The notes below the pieces were generated by a model. The model was not told the origin of the DNA. It made no database searches and worked only from the letters and a program-made list of their open reading frames with translations. Below are positions 19,942 through 29,018 of a stretch of 64,000 nucleotides of DNA, piece after piece; position 1 is the stretch's first letter; each line of letters starts with the position of its first letter. The stretch comes from Chthoniobacteraceae bacterium (GTDB lineage Bacteria > Verrucomicrobiota > Verrucomicrobiia > Chthoniobacterales > Chthoniobacteraceae): contig JBBCKI010000010.1 in NCBI GenBank assembly GCA_037190965.1, positions 1 to 64,000 of the forward strand. Reading direction: 5' to 3'. The position numbers and the translations under genes are program-made.

Positions 19942-20730
19942 ATGCCCCGACGAATCACTGCGGAATCCGAGCGTCTTGCCACGGCGCGCCAGGCCGCGTT
20001 GCATTACTCGATTTCGCGCGCTCCGATCTTCGCGGGGCTGCCGGAGGAGGATCTGCAACGCCTTTCGGGGTATTGCGTGGTCCGCGCCCTGCCTCGCGGG
20101 ACCTATCTCTTTCGTCAGAACGATCCCGTGGCGGGGTTCTTCGTGGTGCGGTTGGGGTTGATCAATGTGCATCGGCTCAATGCCGACGGGCGCGAGCAGA
20201 TCATTCATCTTCTGCGGGAGGGGGAGTCCTTTGCGGAGCGGGCCGTGATCTCCGAATCCGGCTACCCTGCGAACGCCCGGGCGGTTCAGGACAGCGAGGT
20301 CATCCTGATTCCGATCGCCGAGTTCAAGCGCCACCAGAGGGATCGGCCTGACCTCGCCTGGCGAATGCTGGCTTCGATGAGCCATCATCTTCGGACGCTG
20401 GTGGCGACGCTGGAAGGGTTGCGGTTTACTGACATCGAGACCCGCCTGATTCATTGGCTCCTGCAGCGTTGCGCTTCCCCCGATTCTCCAGCCGCCGTCG
20501 AGATCGGCCTTGGCATGAGCAAGACCGATCTTGCCGCAGAACTGGCGACGCGCCGGGAAACGCTTTCGCGAACCTTCGGCAAACTCAAAAGCCAGAAGTA
20601 CATCACACCCAAGACAAGCTCGATCGTGGTGAACAACCCGCGCGCCCTGCAGCAGTTGTTCAACGAAAGGCTCGCTTCCTCAAAGATGACGCGCGCCGAG
20701 GGAGCCCGATGGCTTTCCAACGCCGGATAG
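19942..20730 (+). CDS. Crp/Fnr family transcriptional regulator
   Basis: Effector domain (LFRQND...GESFAE...YPANA) and HTH (SKTDLAAELATRRETLSR). No N-terminal FNR Cys cluster. Confidence 0.9.
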   Translation: MPRRITAESERLATARQAALHYSISRAPIFAGLPEEDLQRLSGYCVVRALPRGTYLFRQNDPVAGFFVVRLGLINVHRLNADGREQIIHLLREGESFAERAVISESGYPANARAVQDSEVILIPIAEFKRHQRDRPDLAWRMLASMSHHLRTLVATLEGLRFTDIETRLIHWLLQRCASPDSPAAVEIGLGMSKTDLAAELATRRETLSRTFGKLKSQKYITPKTSSIVVNNPRALQQLFNERLASSKMTRAEGARWLSNAG

Positions 20731-20773
20731 TATTACTGCATATATTAGATCAGCGAGGGGCGGAACTTTTCTT

Positions 20774-20989
20774 CAGCCCGGAGGGCTGGCAGAAATTAGC
20801 CGGGCGGTGAAGCGAAGCGGCCCCCCTGGAATACCGATCAACATCAGTTCCGCCCCGAAGGGGCGGTGGAAATGTGGTCGGAACAGACCCCGGTTCCACC
20901 ACCCCTCCGGGGTGGATATGATTTTCTTCAAGGTTCCGGTGGTTCCGCTACGCTCCACCACCGGCTAATTTCCATCAACCCTCGGGTTG
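20774..20989. repeat. Palindromic intergenic element (REP/MITE-like)
   Basis: Outer arms CAGCCCGGAGGGCTGGCAGAAATTAGCCGG / CCGGCTAATTTCCATCAACCCTCGGGTTG, plus internal hairpins CCGCCCCGAAGGGGCGG and CCACCCCTCCGGGGTGG. Confidence 0.7.
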
Positions 20990-21125
20990 GAAATCCCACC
21001 TTGTTCTGAACCGAAAAACAGAAACGACAATTTTCAAAGGCTTTTGCCGAAGGATTTAACGTAGTAATACTAAAGCATTTTCGGCCCCCGACAACGAGGA
21101 AGATCGATGGAGGGATGCATTTTTA

Positions 21126-21165
21126 AATATGCGAGTTGACGAATATTAGGATTGGCGAATATAAG
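21126..21165 (+). promoter_or_regulatory. Sigma70 promoter overlapped by probable ArsR operator
   Basis: TTGACG (21136)-N18-TATAAG (21160); imperfect palindrome AATATGCG-N6-CGAATATT and a second CGAATAT half-site. Confidence 0.55.
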
Positions 21166-21171
21166 CCCTCC

Positions 21172-21540
21172 ATGGAACTCGTTGAGATCTACCAATGCTT
21201 CTGCGACGCGACGCGGCTCCGCATCATCCACCTGCTGACGCAGGGGCCGCTCTGCGTCTGCCATTTCCAGAGCATTCTCGATCTTCCCCAAGCGAAGGTC
21301 TCCCAACATCTTGCCTATCTCCGGAAACACCAAATGGTGGAGACCGCCCGGAAGGGGACCTGGATCATTTACAGCCTTCCGGCCCGCCCATCCGCGGACC
21401 TCGAGGCCAACCTCCGGTGTCTTCAGGATTGCGTCGTGTCGGATCGGCGCTTTCGGGAGGACCTCAAACGTCTGGCGAAGATCACAAAAGGCGCGGAGTG
21501 GACTCACGAAGCGCTGATTAAGAAGATCGGCTGTTGTTGA
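21172..21540 (+). CDS. arsR: ArsR/SmtB family repressor
   Basis: D.TRLRII.LL, LCVCH, VSQHLAYLR, C-terminal GCC; upstream of acr3 and arsC. Confidence 0.88.
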   Translation: MELVEIYQCFCDATRLRIIHLLTQGPLCVCHFQSILDLPQAKVSQHLAYLRKHQMVETARKGTWIIYSLPARPSADLEANLRCLQDCVVSDRRFREDLKRLAKITKGAEWTHEALIKKIGCC

Positions 21541-21590
21541 GAACAACTCCGCCTCATCCGCATTTGCACAAGGATTTACTATTATTGCCA

Positions 21591-22663
21591 ATGAAGCCTG
21601 CCAAACGGCTCGATTTCTTCGAGCGATACCTCTCTCTTTGGTCCTGGTTTGCATGGTGGTGGGCATCGCCATCGGCAAACTTCAGCCTGACTTTACGCTC
21701 GCCGTCAGCCGGTGGGAGTTCGGGACGGACTCTCACGTCAACATCGTCATCGCCGTTTTTATCTGGCTCATGATTTACCCCATGATGCTCAAGATTGATT
21801 TCGGAGGCATCAAGGACGTTTTCAGCAGGCCCAAGGGGATTTTCATCACTCTCTTCGTCAACTGGATCGTCAAGCCATTCAGCATGGCCGCGTTGGGTTG
21901 GATTTTTGTCCAGGGTCTTTTCTCAAACGTTCTCGGCTGGATTGAACCGGCGACGGCGGCAAACTATGTCGTCGGGCTCGTCATTCTCGCCGCCGCGCCC
22001 TGCACGGCGATGGTCTTCGTCTGGAGCTACCTCGCCGACGGGGATGGCCCTTACACACTGGCTCAGGTTGCCATCAATGACTTGATCATGGTCTTTGCCT
22101 TCGCCCCGATTGTCGTGCTTCTAGCAGGGGTCAGCGGGGTGCATATCCCGGCGCAAGTTCTCATCACTTCGGTCGCCGTCTTCATCGTCATTCCGCTGGT
22201 CGCGGGGTGGTTGAGCCGGATCATCCTTGTCAAGGCCAAGGGGCTTCCATGGTTTGAAGGGGCGTTCCTCCCGAGGTTCCGGCCCGTGGCGATCTTTGCT
22301 CTTCTGGCCACGCTCACTCTGATCTTCGCCTTTCAGGCCGAGAACATCCTGACCAACTGGCTGGCGGTGCTGCTACTGGCCATTCCCATCATCATCCAGG
22401 TCTACTTCAATTCGGGAATCACCTATGGGCTCATGCGTTTCTTCGGAGTTCAGCATAACGTCGCCACGCCGGGCGCGCTCATCGGAGCCAGTAACTTCTT
22501 TGAACTCGCCGTCGCCGTCGCGATCACGCTTTTCGGGCCTACCAGTCCCGCCGCGCTTGCGACCGTAGTCGGAGTTCTTGTTGAAGTTCCCGTCATGCTT
22601 TCAGTCTGTCACCTTTGTGTGCAGAGCCGGGGCTGGTATCAACAAAAGATCGTTCTTTCATGA
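21591..22663 (+). CDS. acr3: Acr3 arsenite efflux transporter, apparent 1-nt frameshift near 21640
   Basis: [17 protein letters not shown] is in one frame and [12 protein letters not shown]...MIYPMM...APCTAMV...[11 protein letters not shown] in another. Confidence 0.85.
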
Positions 22664-23292
22664 AGCCTACCGTCCTCGTTCTTTGTACCGGGAATTCCTG
22701 CCGCAGCCATATGGCCGAAGGGGTTCTCCGTGCGAGCGCAGGTGACCTTATCGAAGTCCGGAGCGCGGGCTCCAAGCCATCGGGTTACGTTCACCCGATG
22801 GCCATCCGGGTCATGCAGGAAATCGGCATCGACATCTCGGGGCACCGCTCCAAATCGATGAACGAATTTCTCGAAGGGAAGATCGAGACGGTCATCACGG
22901 TCTGCGGCAATGCGGATCAGGCCTGTCCCATGTTTCCGGGTCAGGCTCGCCGTTATCACTGGGGATTTGACGACCCCGCCCTGGCCAGGGGAACCGAAGA
23001 GGAGGTGCTCGAAAAGTTTCGCGAAGTGCGGGATCAAATCGCTCTCGTGTTTCAGGCTTACGCCGCCGGTCTCAAGGAGGGGATTGGGCGACTTGAGAGG
23101 AGGCGGTCGGGAGACGCCCAAAAAAAAGAGCGTGCCATCGCCCGGCGAAAGCTCATGATAGGGTGTTCATGCCATTTCGTTCTCTGGGTCTTGGACCCTC
23201 CATTCTCAAAGCCCTTGAAGAAGCGGGCTACACTGAACCGACGCCCATTCAAGCTGCGGCGATTCCTCAAATTTCCGCCGGTCACGACCTGA
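22660..23292 (+). CDS. arsC: Arsenate reductase (LMW-PTP/thioredoxin type) with atypical C-terminal extension
   Basis: [14 protein letters not shown]...CP and [11 protein letters not shown]-coupled to acr3. Homology appears to end near 23085, but the ORF runs on into the next gene. Confidence 0.85.
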   Translation: MKPTVLVLCTGNSCRSHMAEGVLRASAGDLIEVRSAGSKPSGYVHPMAIRVMQEIGIDISGHRSKSMNEFLEGKIETVITVCGNADQACPMFPGQARRYHWGFDDPALARGTEEEVLEKFREVRDQIALVFQAYAAGLKEGIGRLERRRSGDAQKKERAIARRKLMIGCSCHFVLWVLDPPFSKPLKKRATLNRRPFKLRRFLKFPPVTT

Positions 23293-24494
23293 TCGGCATC
23301 GCCCAGACCGGCACCGGGAAAACAGCCGCGTTCGTTCTGCCGATTCTTGCCAAGTTGATGAGCCTGGACCGCAACACCAAGAAAGGCACCAAGGCCCTGA
23401 TCATCGCGCCGACCCGCGAGTTGGTGGTGCAGATCGAGGAAAACGTCCGCGCTTATGCAAAGCATTGTTCGCTCCGCGTGGCGATGGTGTTTGGAGGGGT
23501 GGGGGAACGCCCCCAGATGGAGGCGCTTCGCAACGGCACGGATCTGATCATTGCGACGCCCGGGCGTCTGCTCGACCTGATGAAGCAGGGGTATGGCGAT
23601 TTTTCGGGGCTCAACTTTCTCGTGCTCGATGAAGCCGACCGGATGCTCGACATGGGATTCATTCCCGACATCCGCCGCATCGTAAAGGCGCTTCCCGTCA
23701 AACGGCAGACGTTGTTTTTCTCCGCCACGCTTTCCCGGGAGATCGAGTCGTTGACCCACGAGTTCCTCCGTTCGCCAAAAACGGTGGAGATCGGCCGCCG
23801 TTCCAATCCCGCCGAAACGGTGACGCAGATCGTTTACGAGGTGCCGCAACACCTCAAGTCGCCCCTGCTGGCGCATTTGCTGGGCGACGCCTCGCTCAAC
23901 CTTGAGATGGTGCTCGTATTCACCCGCACCAAGCACGGGGCCGATCGCATCGCGCGCAATCTGGAACGTCTTGGGATCAAGACGGCCACGCTGCATTCCA
24001 ACCGTTCGCAAAACCAGCGCCTCCGCGCGTTGAAGGATTTTAAGTCCGGCGCGGTGCGCGTGTTGGTGGCGACCGACATCGCGGCGCGCGGGATCGACGT
24101 GGACGGAATTTCGCATGTGGTGAACTACGACTTCCCGCTTCACGCGGAGGATTACGTTCATCGCATTGGCCGTACGGGAAGGGCAAATGCCATCGGTGAC
24201 GCGATCAGCTTTGTCGCCGCCGACGACCATGGGCCGCTTCGGGCGCTGGAGCGTTTCATCGGGCGCGGCCTGGTCCGCCGACGGGCCGAGGGGTTCGACT
24301 ATTCGGTACAGGCTCCCGCTCGCGCCCCTCAGGAGGCGGGGCGCGGAGGGGGAAGATCGCAGAACCGTAGCGGCGGCGGAGGACGCCCGCAGGGCCGGGG
24401 ACGCGCCGAGGGGCGTGGTGATGGCCAGCGGAACGCCGGTGGGCAGGCGTCGCGTCAGGGGCGGGCCTCCGGGGGGCGAAGCAGGCCCCGTTGA
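23169..24494 (+). CDS. DEAD-box RNA helicase (RhlE-like)
   Basis: [41 protein letters not shown]-rich tail. Confidence 0.95.
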   Translation: MPFRSLGLGPSILKALEEAGYTEPTPIQAAAIPQISAGHDLIGIAQTGTGKTAAFVLPILAKLMSLDRNTKKGTKALIIAPTRELVVQIEENVRAYAKHCSLRVAMVFGGVGERPQMEALRNGTDLIIATPGRLLDLMKQGYGDFSGLNFLVLDEADRMLDMGFIPDIRRIVKALPVKRQTLFFSATLSREIESLTHEFLRSPKTVEIGRRSNPAETVTQIVYEVPQHLKSPLLAHLLGDASLNLEMVLVFTRTKHGADRIARNLERLGIKTATLHSNRSQNQRLRALKDFKSGAVRVLVATDIAARGIDVDGISHVVNYDFPLHAEDYVHRIGRTGRANAIGDAISFVAADDHGPLRALERFIGRGLVRRRAEGFDYSVQAPARAPQEAGRGGGRSQNRSGGGGRPQGRGRAEGRGDGQRNAGGQASRQGRASGGRSRPR

Positions 24495-24576
24495 CGGGAA
24501 ATCTCCTTGAGATCGAGGCTTCCAGCGGGTAAGAACCGGGCAACCGGAATCCGTCTCGCGGGACGGTGAAATTTTT

Positions 24577-25248
24577 ATGAATTCAGTCGATTTTTCCAAA
24601 GTATTGATCGCTCCCTCCGTGCTGGCTGCAAATTTTGCGGACGTGGGAGCGGATTGTCGGGCTGTGGAGGCGGCGGGGGCGGATTGGCTGCACCTCGACG
24701 TGATGGACGGCCATTTTGTGGATAACATCTCGTTTGGACCCGCATTTTGCGCGGCGGTGAGCCGGGTGACCTCCATCCCCACCGACATTCATCTCATGAT
24801 CCAGCATCCGGCTCATTATCTGGATCGGTTTCTGCCGCACGCGCACAATGTCACGGTGCACGTGGAGATCCCCAACGACGTAAGCGAGACGCTGCGGCGG
24901 ATCCGGGCGGCGGGATGTTTGGCGGGGCTTTCGCTCCGGCCCGGCACGCCGTTCGAGGCGATGGAACCGCACCTCGACGAGATCGACCTTCTGCTGGTGA
25001 TGACGGTGGAGCCCGGTTTCGGTGGCCAGCCTTTCATGCCGGAGATGCTGGCGAAGGTGGAGGCCGCAGCGGCAGCGCGAGCGCGGCGTGGATTGTCGTA
25101 TCACATCCAAGTCGATGGAGGGCTTCACGCCCCGCAATCCAAACAGTGTATCGACGCGGGAGCCAACGTGATTGTCTCGGGGACCGGCGTGTTTGGAGAA
25201 TCCGATTGGGCGGCAGCCATCCAGGCTTTGCGCGGATCGGCAAGGTAG
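24577..25248 (+). CDS. rpe: Ribulose-phosphate 3-epimerase
   Basis: IAPSVL, HLDVMDGHFVDNISFG, MTVEPGFGGQ, VDGG. Confidence 0.95.
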   Translation: MNSVDFSKVLIAPSVLAANFADVGADCRAVEAAGADWLHLDVMDGHFVDNISFGPAFCAAVSRVTSIPTDIHLMIQHPAHYLDRFLPHAHNVTVHVEIPNDVSETLRRIRAAGCLAGLSLRPGTPFEAMEPHLDEIDLLLVMTVEPGFGGQPFMPEMLAKVEAAAAARARRGLSYHIQVDGGLHAPQSKQCIDAGANVIVSGTGVFGESDWAAAIQALRGSAR

Positions 25249-25395
25249 CCCGCTCTCGCCGAGAGCGCGGGATAGACGAAGAGTCGCATTATCCCCGCAG
25301 GACAGGCTATTTGTATTGGGATGCAGCTCTCGTAAAGCTACGGGAGCCGATACCCGCGCTCGACGGCGCGAGCGGGCTACCGGTGCTGCCGCACC
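25244..25395 (+). repeat. GTAG-REP doublet (REPIN-like), copy 1
   Basis: GGTAGCCCGCTCTCGCCGAGAGCGCGGG...CCCGCGCTCGACGGCGCGAGCGGGCTACC plus tail GGTGCTGCCGCACC. Confidence 0.85.
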
Positions 25396-25507
25396 ATTAA
25401 GGGCCGATTTGCAAAAGTCCCCAAAGTGTGCTATAGGGTAGTCACGAATAAGCGCAGCGTTTCGGATCGGTTCGGAAGCGTTGCCTTAGGAAAGGCGGTG
25501 ATGGGTT

Positions 25508-27535
25508 ATGAAGGCCAATCACAAGATCGATACCCGCTTCATCAAGTCGCATCCGCTGCTTGCGCTGATCCCCACTTTTACGCTTCGGCGGTTGATCGCG
25601 CAGGCTGCCCTGGACGAATATCCGAAAGGAACGGTTGTTTATCATCAGGGGCAACCGTGCGAGGCCATCTACCTCGTCCTGAGCGGACGCTGCGAATCAC
25701 GGCTTTCCGGCAACGGCGCAGAGGCGGTCTTCGGCCCCGGTGACGCCCTCGGGGCTCGCGAGTTGCTGAATAACGAGCCGTACCGGGCGACCGTCACCGT
25801 GCTTACTCATAGCATTTTGCTTCGAATTCCGGCGGCGGAACTTGAGAAGATTTTCACGTCGAAGCCGAGTGTGGCCGGCCGCTTCTCGGCGTCTCTTTCC
25901 GGCCGTGGCAGGCCGGTTCCACAGGCTGAAACACCCGCAAACCGCCGCGCACGACTTCGTGCGCGCCGGATCGTCTCGCTGATTTCCATGCCGGGGCGCG
26001 ATACGGCGGCGCGGGAAGACCGGGCGCTGGCCGCGGCGGTGCATAAGATGGCGGGGGATGGGGTGTTGCTGGTCGAGTTTGTCCCGTCGCCTGAGAAGTT
26101 CGCGCTCATGAATTGGCCCACCGTTTCGGGCAAGTGCAACGGGTTTAACGGAGAGTTTTGCCTCCGGCCTTGGGTGCGCGAGGCCGACGACGGTTTTTCG
26201 CAATTGCGCGTCGCGGTGCGTGGTGATCCTCGTGAGCCGGGGTTCGTGGCCCCGCTTCTGAGCCATCTCGGGCTTCACTACGATTTTGTCCTCCTCCATC
26301 TCGCGGCGAATCTTCCGCCGCCGACCCTCCGGGAATGTATGATTCAGTCGGACATCGCGTATGTTTTTCTCCGGCAGACTTCGCGCGATCTCCATGACTT
26401 TCAGCTTCTGATGCGCGAGCAGGAGCCTGTGCAATGCTCCCATATCCGTCCGATTTTGCACACGGAACCGATCCTGGCGCCCGAGGAGTTTGACGAGGTG
26501 CTCAAGCAGGTGGGGCGCCCGGTGCATGCCTTCGTTCGCGATCTCTCTTTCAACGACGAAGGGCGTGGAAGCCCGGCGTTCACGATGCACCTTAACCGCC
26601 TTGCCCGGGAGATCGGGCAACGGCGAATCGGGATTGCACTTTCCTCCGGCGGCGCAAAAGGGCTTGCCCACATCGGGGTCATTCAGGTGCTCGAAGAGAA
26701 CGGGCTGGAAGTGGATGTCATCGCAGGATCAAGCATGGGCGCCTATGTCGGAGCCATCTGGGCACATGGCTATACGGGGGAAGCGCTGGAACGAATTGCG
26801 CGCGAGCTGGAAGGGCGCTGGGGGCTTCTCCATCTCCTTGACCCGGTGCTGCCGCCCAGGGAGGGCTTCATGCGCGCGCAGAGAACCGCGCGGCGTTTGC
26901 AGCGCTCCATCGGGCACGCCCGGTTTTCGGATCTCGTCCGCCCCCTGCGCGTGGTCGCCACGGATATGGAAACGATGGGGCGTGTCGTTTTCTCCACGGG
27001 CGAGGTTGCCTCAGCCGTAGAGGCGAGCATCGCCATCCCGGGGATTTGCGTTCCGGTGAGACTCGACGGGGAAACGTATATCGACGGAGGGATCGCCGAT
27101 CCCCTCCCGGTGGATGTGCTGGTGGAGATGGGGATCGAGCGGATCATCGCCGTGAACACCATCCCCACGCCCGAACAGCTTCGCCGCTTCGTAGATGAGG
27201 AGGGAGGAGCGGAAGCGGCTTCCGGCGGTCGGGTGGCCAGGTTTCTGCATCGTCATTTGAACTATTTTGCTCACGGCAACATTCTCGACACCATGTTTCG
27301 CAGCACGCACGGCGTGCAGATGCGCGTGGCGGAGATGGCATGCAAGGATGCCGACGTGGTGCTCTGGGCCATTGCCGCCGACGCGAAGTGGCACGATTTT
27401 ACCAACCCGGGAAAATACATCGCCCTGGGCCGCAAGGTGGCGCAGGCGCATCTTCCCGAACTCGCAGCCCTAATCAAAGGAAACGGCTATGAACCCCAAA
27501 CAAAGCCGGCAAAATCCGTGGCCGCCGCTGCCTGA
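25508..27535 (+). CDS. cNMP-binding domain + patatin-like phospholipase (NTE-like architecture)
   Basis: N-terminal cNMP fold (KGTVVYHQG...LVLSG...GPGDALG...ATV); patatin SGGAKG, GSSMG and DGG motifs. Confidence 0.88.
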   Translation: MKANHKIDTRFIKSHPLLALIPTFTLRRLIAQAALDEYPKGTVVYHQGQPCEAIYLVLSGRCESRLSGNGAEAVFGPGDALGARELLNNEPYRATVTVLTHSILLRIPAAELEKIFTSKPSVAGRFSASLSGRGRPVPQAETPANRRARLRARRIVSLISMPGRDTAAREDRALAAAVHKMAGDGVLLVEFVPSPEKFALMNWPTVSGKCNGFNGEFCLRPWVREADDGFSQLRVAVRGDPREPGFVAPLLSHLGLHYDFVLLHLAANLPPPTLRECMIQSDIAYVFLRQTSRDLHDFQLLMREQEPVQCSHIRPILHTEPILAPEEFDEVLKQVGRPVHAFVRDLSFNDEGRGSPAFTMHLNRLAREIGQRRIGIALSSGGAKGLAHIGVIQVLEENGLEVDVIAGSSMGAYVGAIWAHGYTGEALERIARELEGRWGLLHLLDPVLPPREGFMRAQRTARRLQRSIGHARFSDLVRPLRVVATDMETMGRVVFSTGEVASAVEASIAIPGICVPVRLDGETYIDGGIADPLPVDVLVEMGIERIIAVNTIPTPEQLRRFVDEEGGAEAASGGRVARFLHRHLNYFAHGNILDTMFRSTHGVQMRVAEMACKDADVVLWAIAADAKWHDFTNPGKYIALGRKVAQAHLPELAALIKGNGYEPQTKPAKSVAAAA

Positions 27536-29018
27536 GGCGACCCTGCGGCAACGGCAGGTGACACAGCTTGCCGCGTATTTGCGCGACACCGTGCTCCCAT
27601 TCTCGGCGCATTACCGGGAGAAATTCCGCGAGGCGGGATTCCGCCCGGATCAACTCCGTTCGCCGGACGACTTGCGGAGGATTCCGTTCACCACCAAGGC
27701 CGATTTTCATTCGACCGACGCGGTGAAACAATTCGTCCTCGCGCCGGATGCGAAGGTGCTCTCCCGGCGTCCCTCGACGATTCTTCGCGCCTTGTTGCGC
27801 GGCCGGGCGGCGGTGGCGGAGGGGTTCGAGCGGGAGTTTCGCCCGCTGCTGATGACCAGCACGACGGGCCGCTCCGCGGACCCGGTCCCCTTCCTCTACA
27901 CGGCGGCGGATATCGACGTGCTCAAGACGGCCGGGGCTACGGTCATGCGCGTCTGCGGGGCGCGGCAGGAGCAGCGGATGATGAACCTCTTCCCGTTCGC
28001 GCCGCACCTCGCCTTCTGGATCACGCATTACGCGGGACCGGAGTTTGGCGTGTTCGTGATGAGCACCGGGGGCGGCAAGACCATGGGAACCGAAGGCAAT
28101 CTGCGTCTGCTCAAGAAGGTCAAGCCGGACGTGATCATCGGAATGCCGACGTTTCTTTATCATCTGCTGAAAGAAGCGGTTGCCGACGGCGTGGAACTCC
28201 CGAATCTTTGCAAAATCGTGCTCGGCGGGGAGAAGGCCCCCACGGGAATGCGCCGGAAGCTTCGCCATCTCGCGGAGGAACTGGGAGCGAGACGCCCCGA
28301 TGTTCTTTGCACTTATGGGTTTACCGAAGCCAAGATGGCATGGGCCGAGTGCCCTTACCCGGAGGGCGGCATCTCGGGCGGATACCATCTTTGCCCGGAG
28401 CTGGGGATCGTGGAGATCGTCGATCCCGACACCGGTGAGCCGAGGGGCGCGGGCGAGCCCGGGGAGATTGTCTTCACTCCGCTTGCGGCGCGTGGAAGCG
28501 TGGCACTCCGTTACCGGACGGGCGATCTCATCGACGGCGGTTTGTTTTACGAAGCGTGTCCGCATTGCGGTCGCGTGGTGCCGCGACTGGTGGGCAATAT
28601 CGGGCGCAAATCCGAGGTGCGCGAAATGCGGCTTGAGAAGCTCAAGGGCACACTGGTCGATTTCAACGCGCTTGAGCATCTGCTCGATGATTGCGAAGGG
28701 GTGGGCACCTGGCAGGTGGAACTGCGCAAACGCCATGACGACCCACTGGAAGTGGATGAACTGATTCTTCATGTGAAGACTTCCAACGGAGCGTCGGAAG
28801 AGAGCTTTCGCGGCGAACTCAACCGGCTGCTGGCGGAGCGGCTGGAGATTCGCGCCAACCGGGTCGTCTTCCACACGGAGGCGGAGATGCGCGAGCTGCA
28901 CGGCGTCGGCACCCAGCTCAAGGAGGTGAGGGTGGCGGATCATCGACCCAAGGTCCAAGCCCCCGAACCCAAGCCGGTGATGGCTGCCAATGGACGGAAG
29001 ATGGGAGGCAAATCATGA
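27489..29018 (+). CDS. Phenylacetate-CoA-ligase-like (PaaK family) adenylate-forming enzyme
   Basis: DLRRIPFTTKAD, TSTTGRS, YGFTE, RYRTGD. Confidence 0.75.
   Translation: MNPKQSRQNPWPPLPEATLRQRQVTQLAAYLRDTVLPFSAHYREKFREAGFRPDQLRSPDDLRRIPFTTKADFHSTDAVKQFVLAPDAKVLSRRPSTILRALLRGRAAVAEGFEREFRPLLMTSTTGRSADPVPFLYTAADIDVLKTAGATVMRVCGARQEQRMMNLFPFAPHLAFWITHYAGPEFGVFVMSTGGGKTMGTEGNLRLLKKVKPDVIIGMPTFLYHLLKEAVADGVELPNLCKIVLGGEKAPTGMRRKLRHLAEELGARRPDVLCTYGFTEAKMAWAECPYPEGGISGGYHLCPELGIVEIVDPDTGEPRGAGEPGEIVFTPLAARGSVALRYRTGDLIDGGLFYEACPHCGRVVPRLVGNIGRKSEVREMRLEKLKGTLVDFNALEHLLDDCEGVGTWQVELRKRHDDPLEVDELILHVKTSNGASEESFRGELNRLLAERLEIRANRVVFHTEAEMRELHGVGTQLKEVRVADHRPKVQAPEPKPVMAANGRKMGGKS

Noticed and set aside
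19849..20454. 605 aa Hmp with a 200 aa N-terminal extension
   Set aside because: The extension is the antisense of the Crp/Fnr gene and its promoter. The globin starts at 19848.
23058..24788. Long antisense ORFs (also 27474-28958, 39369-40715, 50486-51964, 59745-61076)
   Set aside because: These are shadow ORFs opposite well-conserved genes in high-GC DNA, with no recognisable motifs.
25508..27535. Patatin as a CBASS/anti-phage effector (CapV-like)
   Set aside because: No CD-NTase, SAVED or other defence genes are nearby; the context is beta-oxidation.
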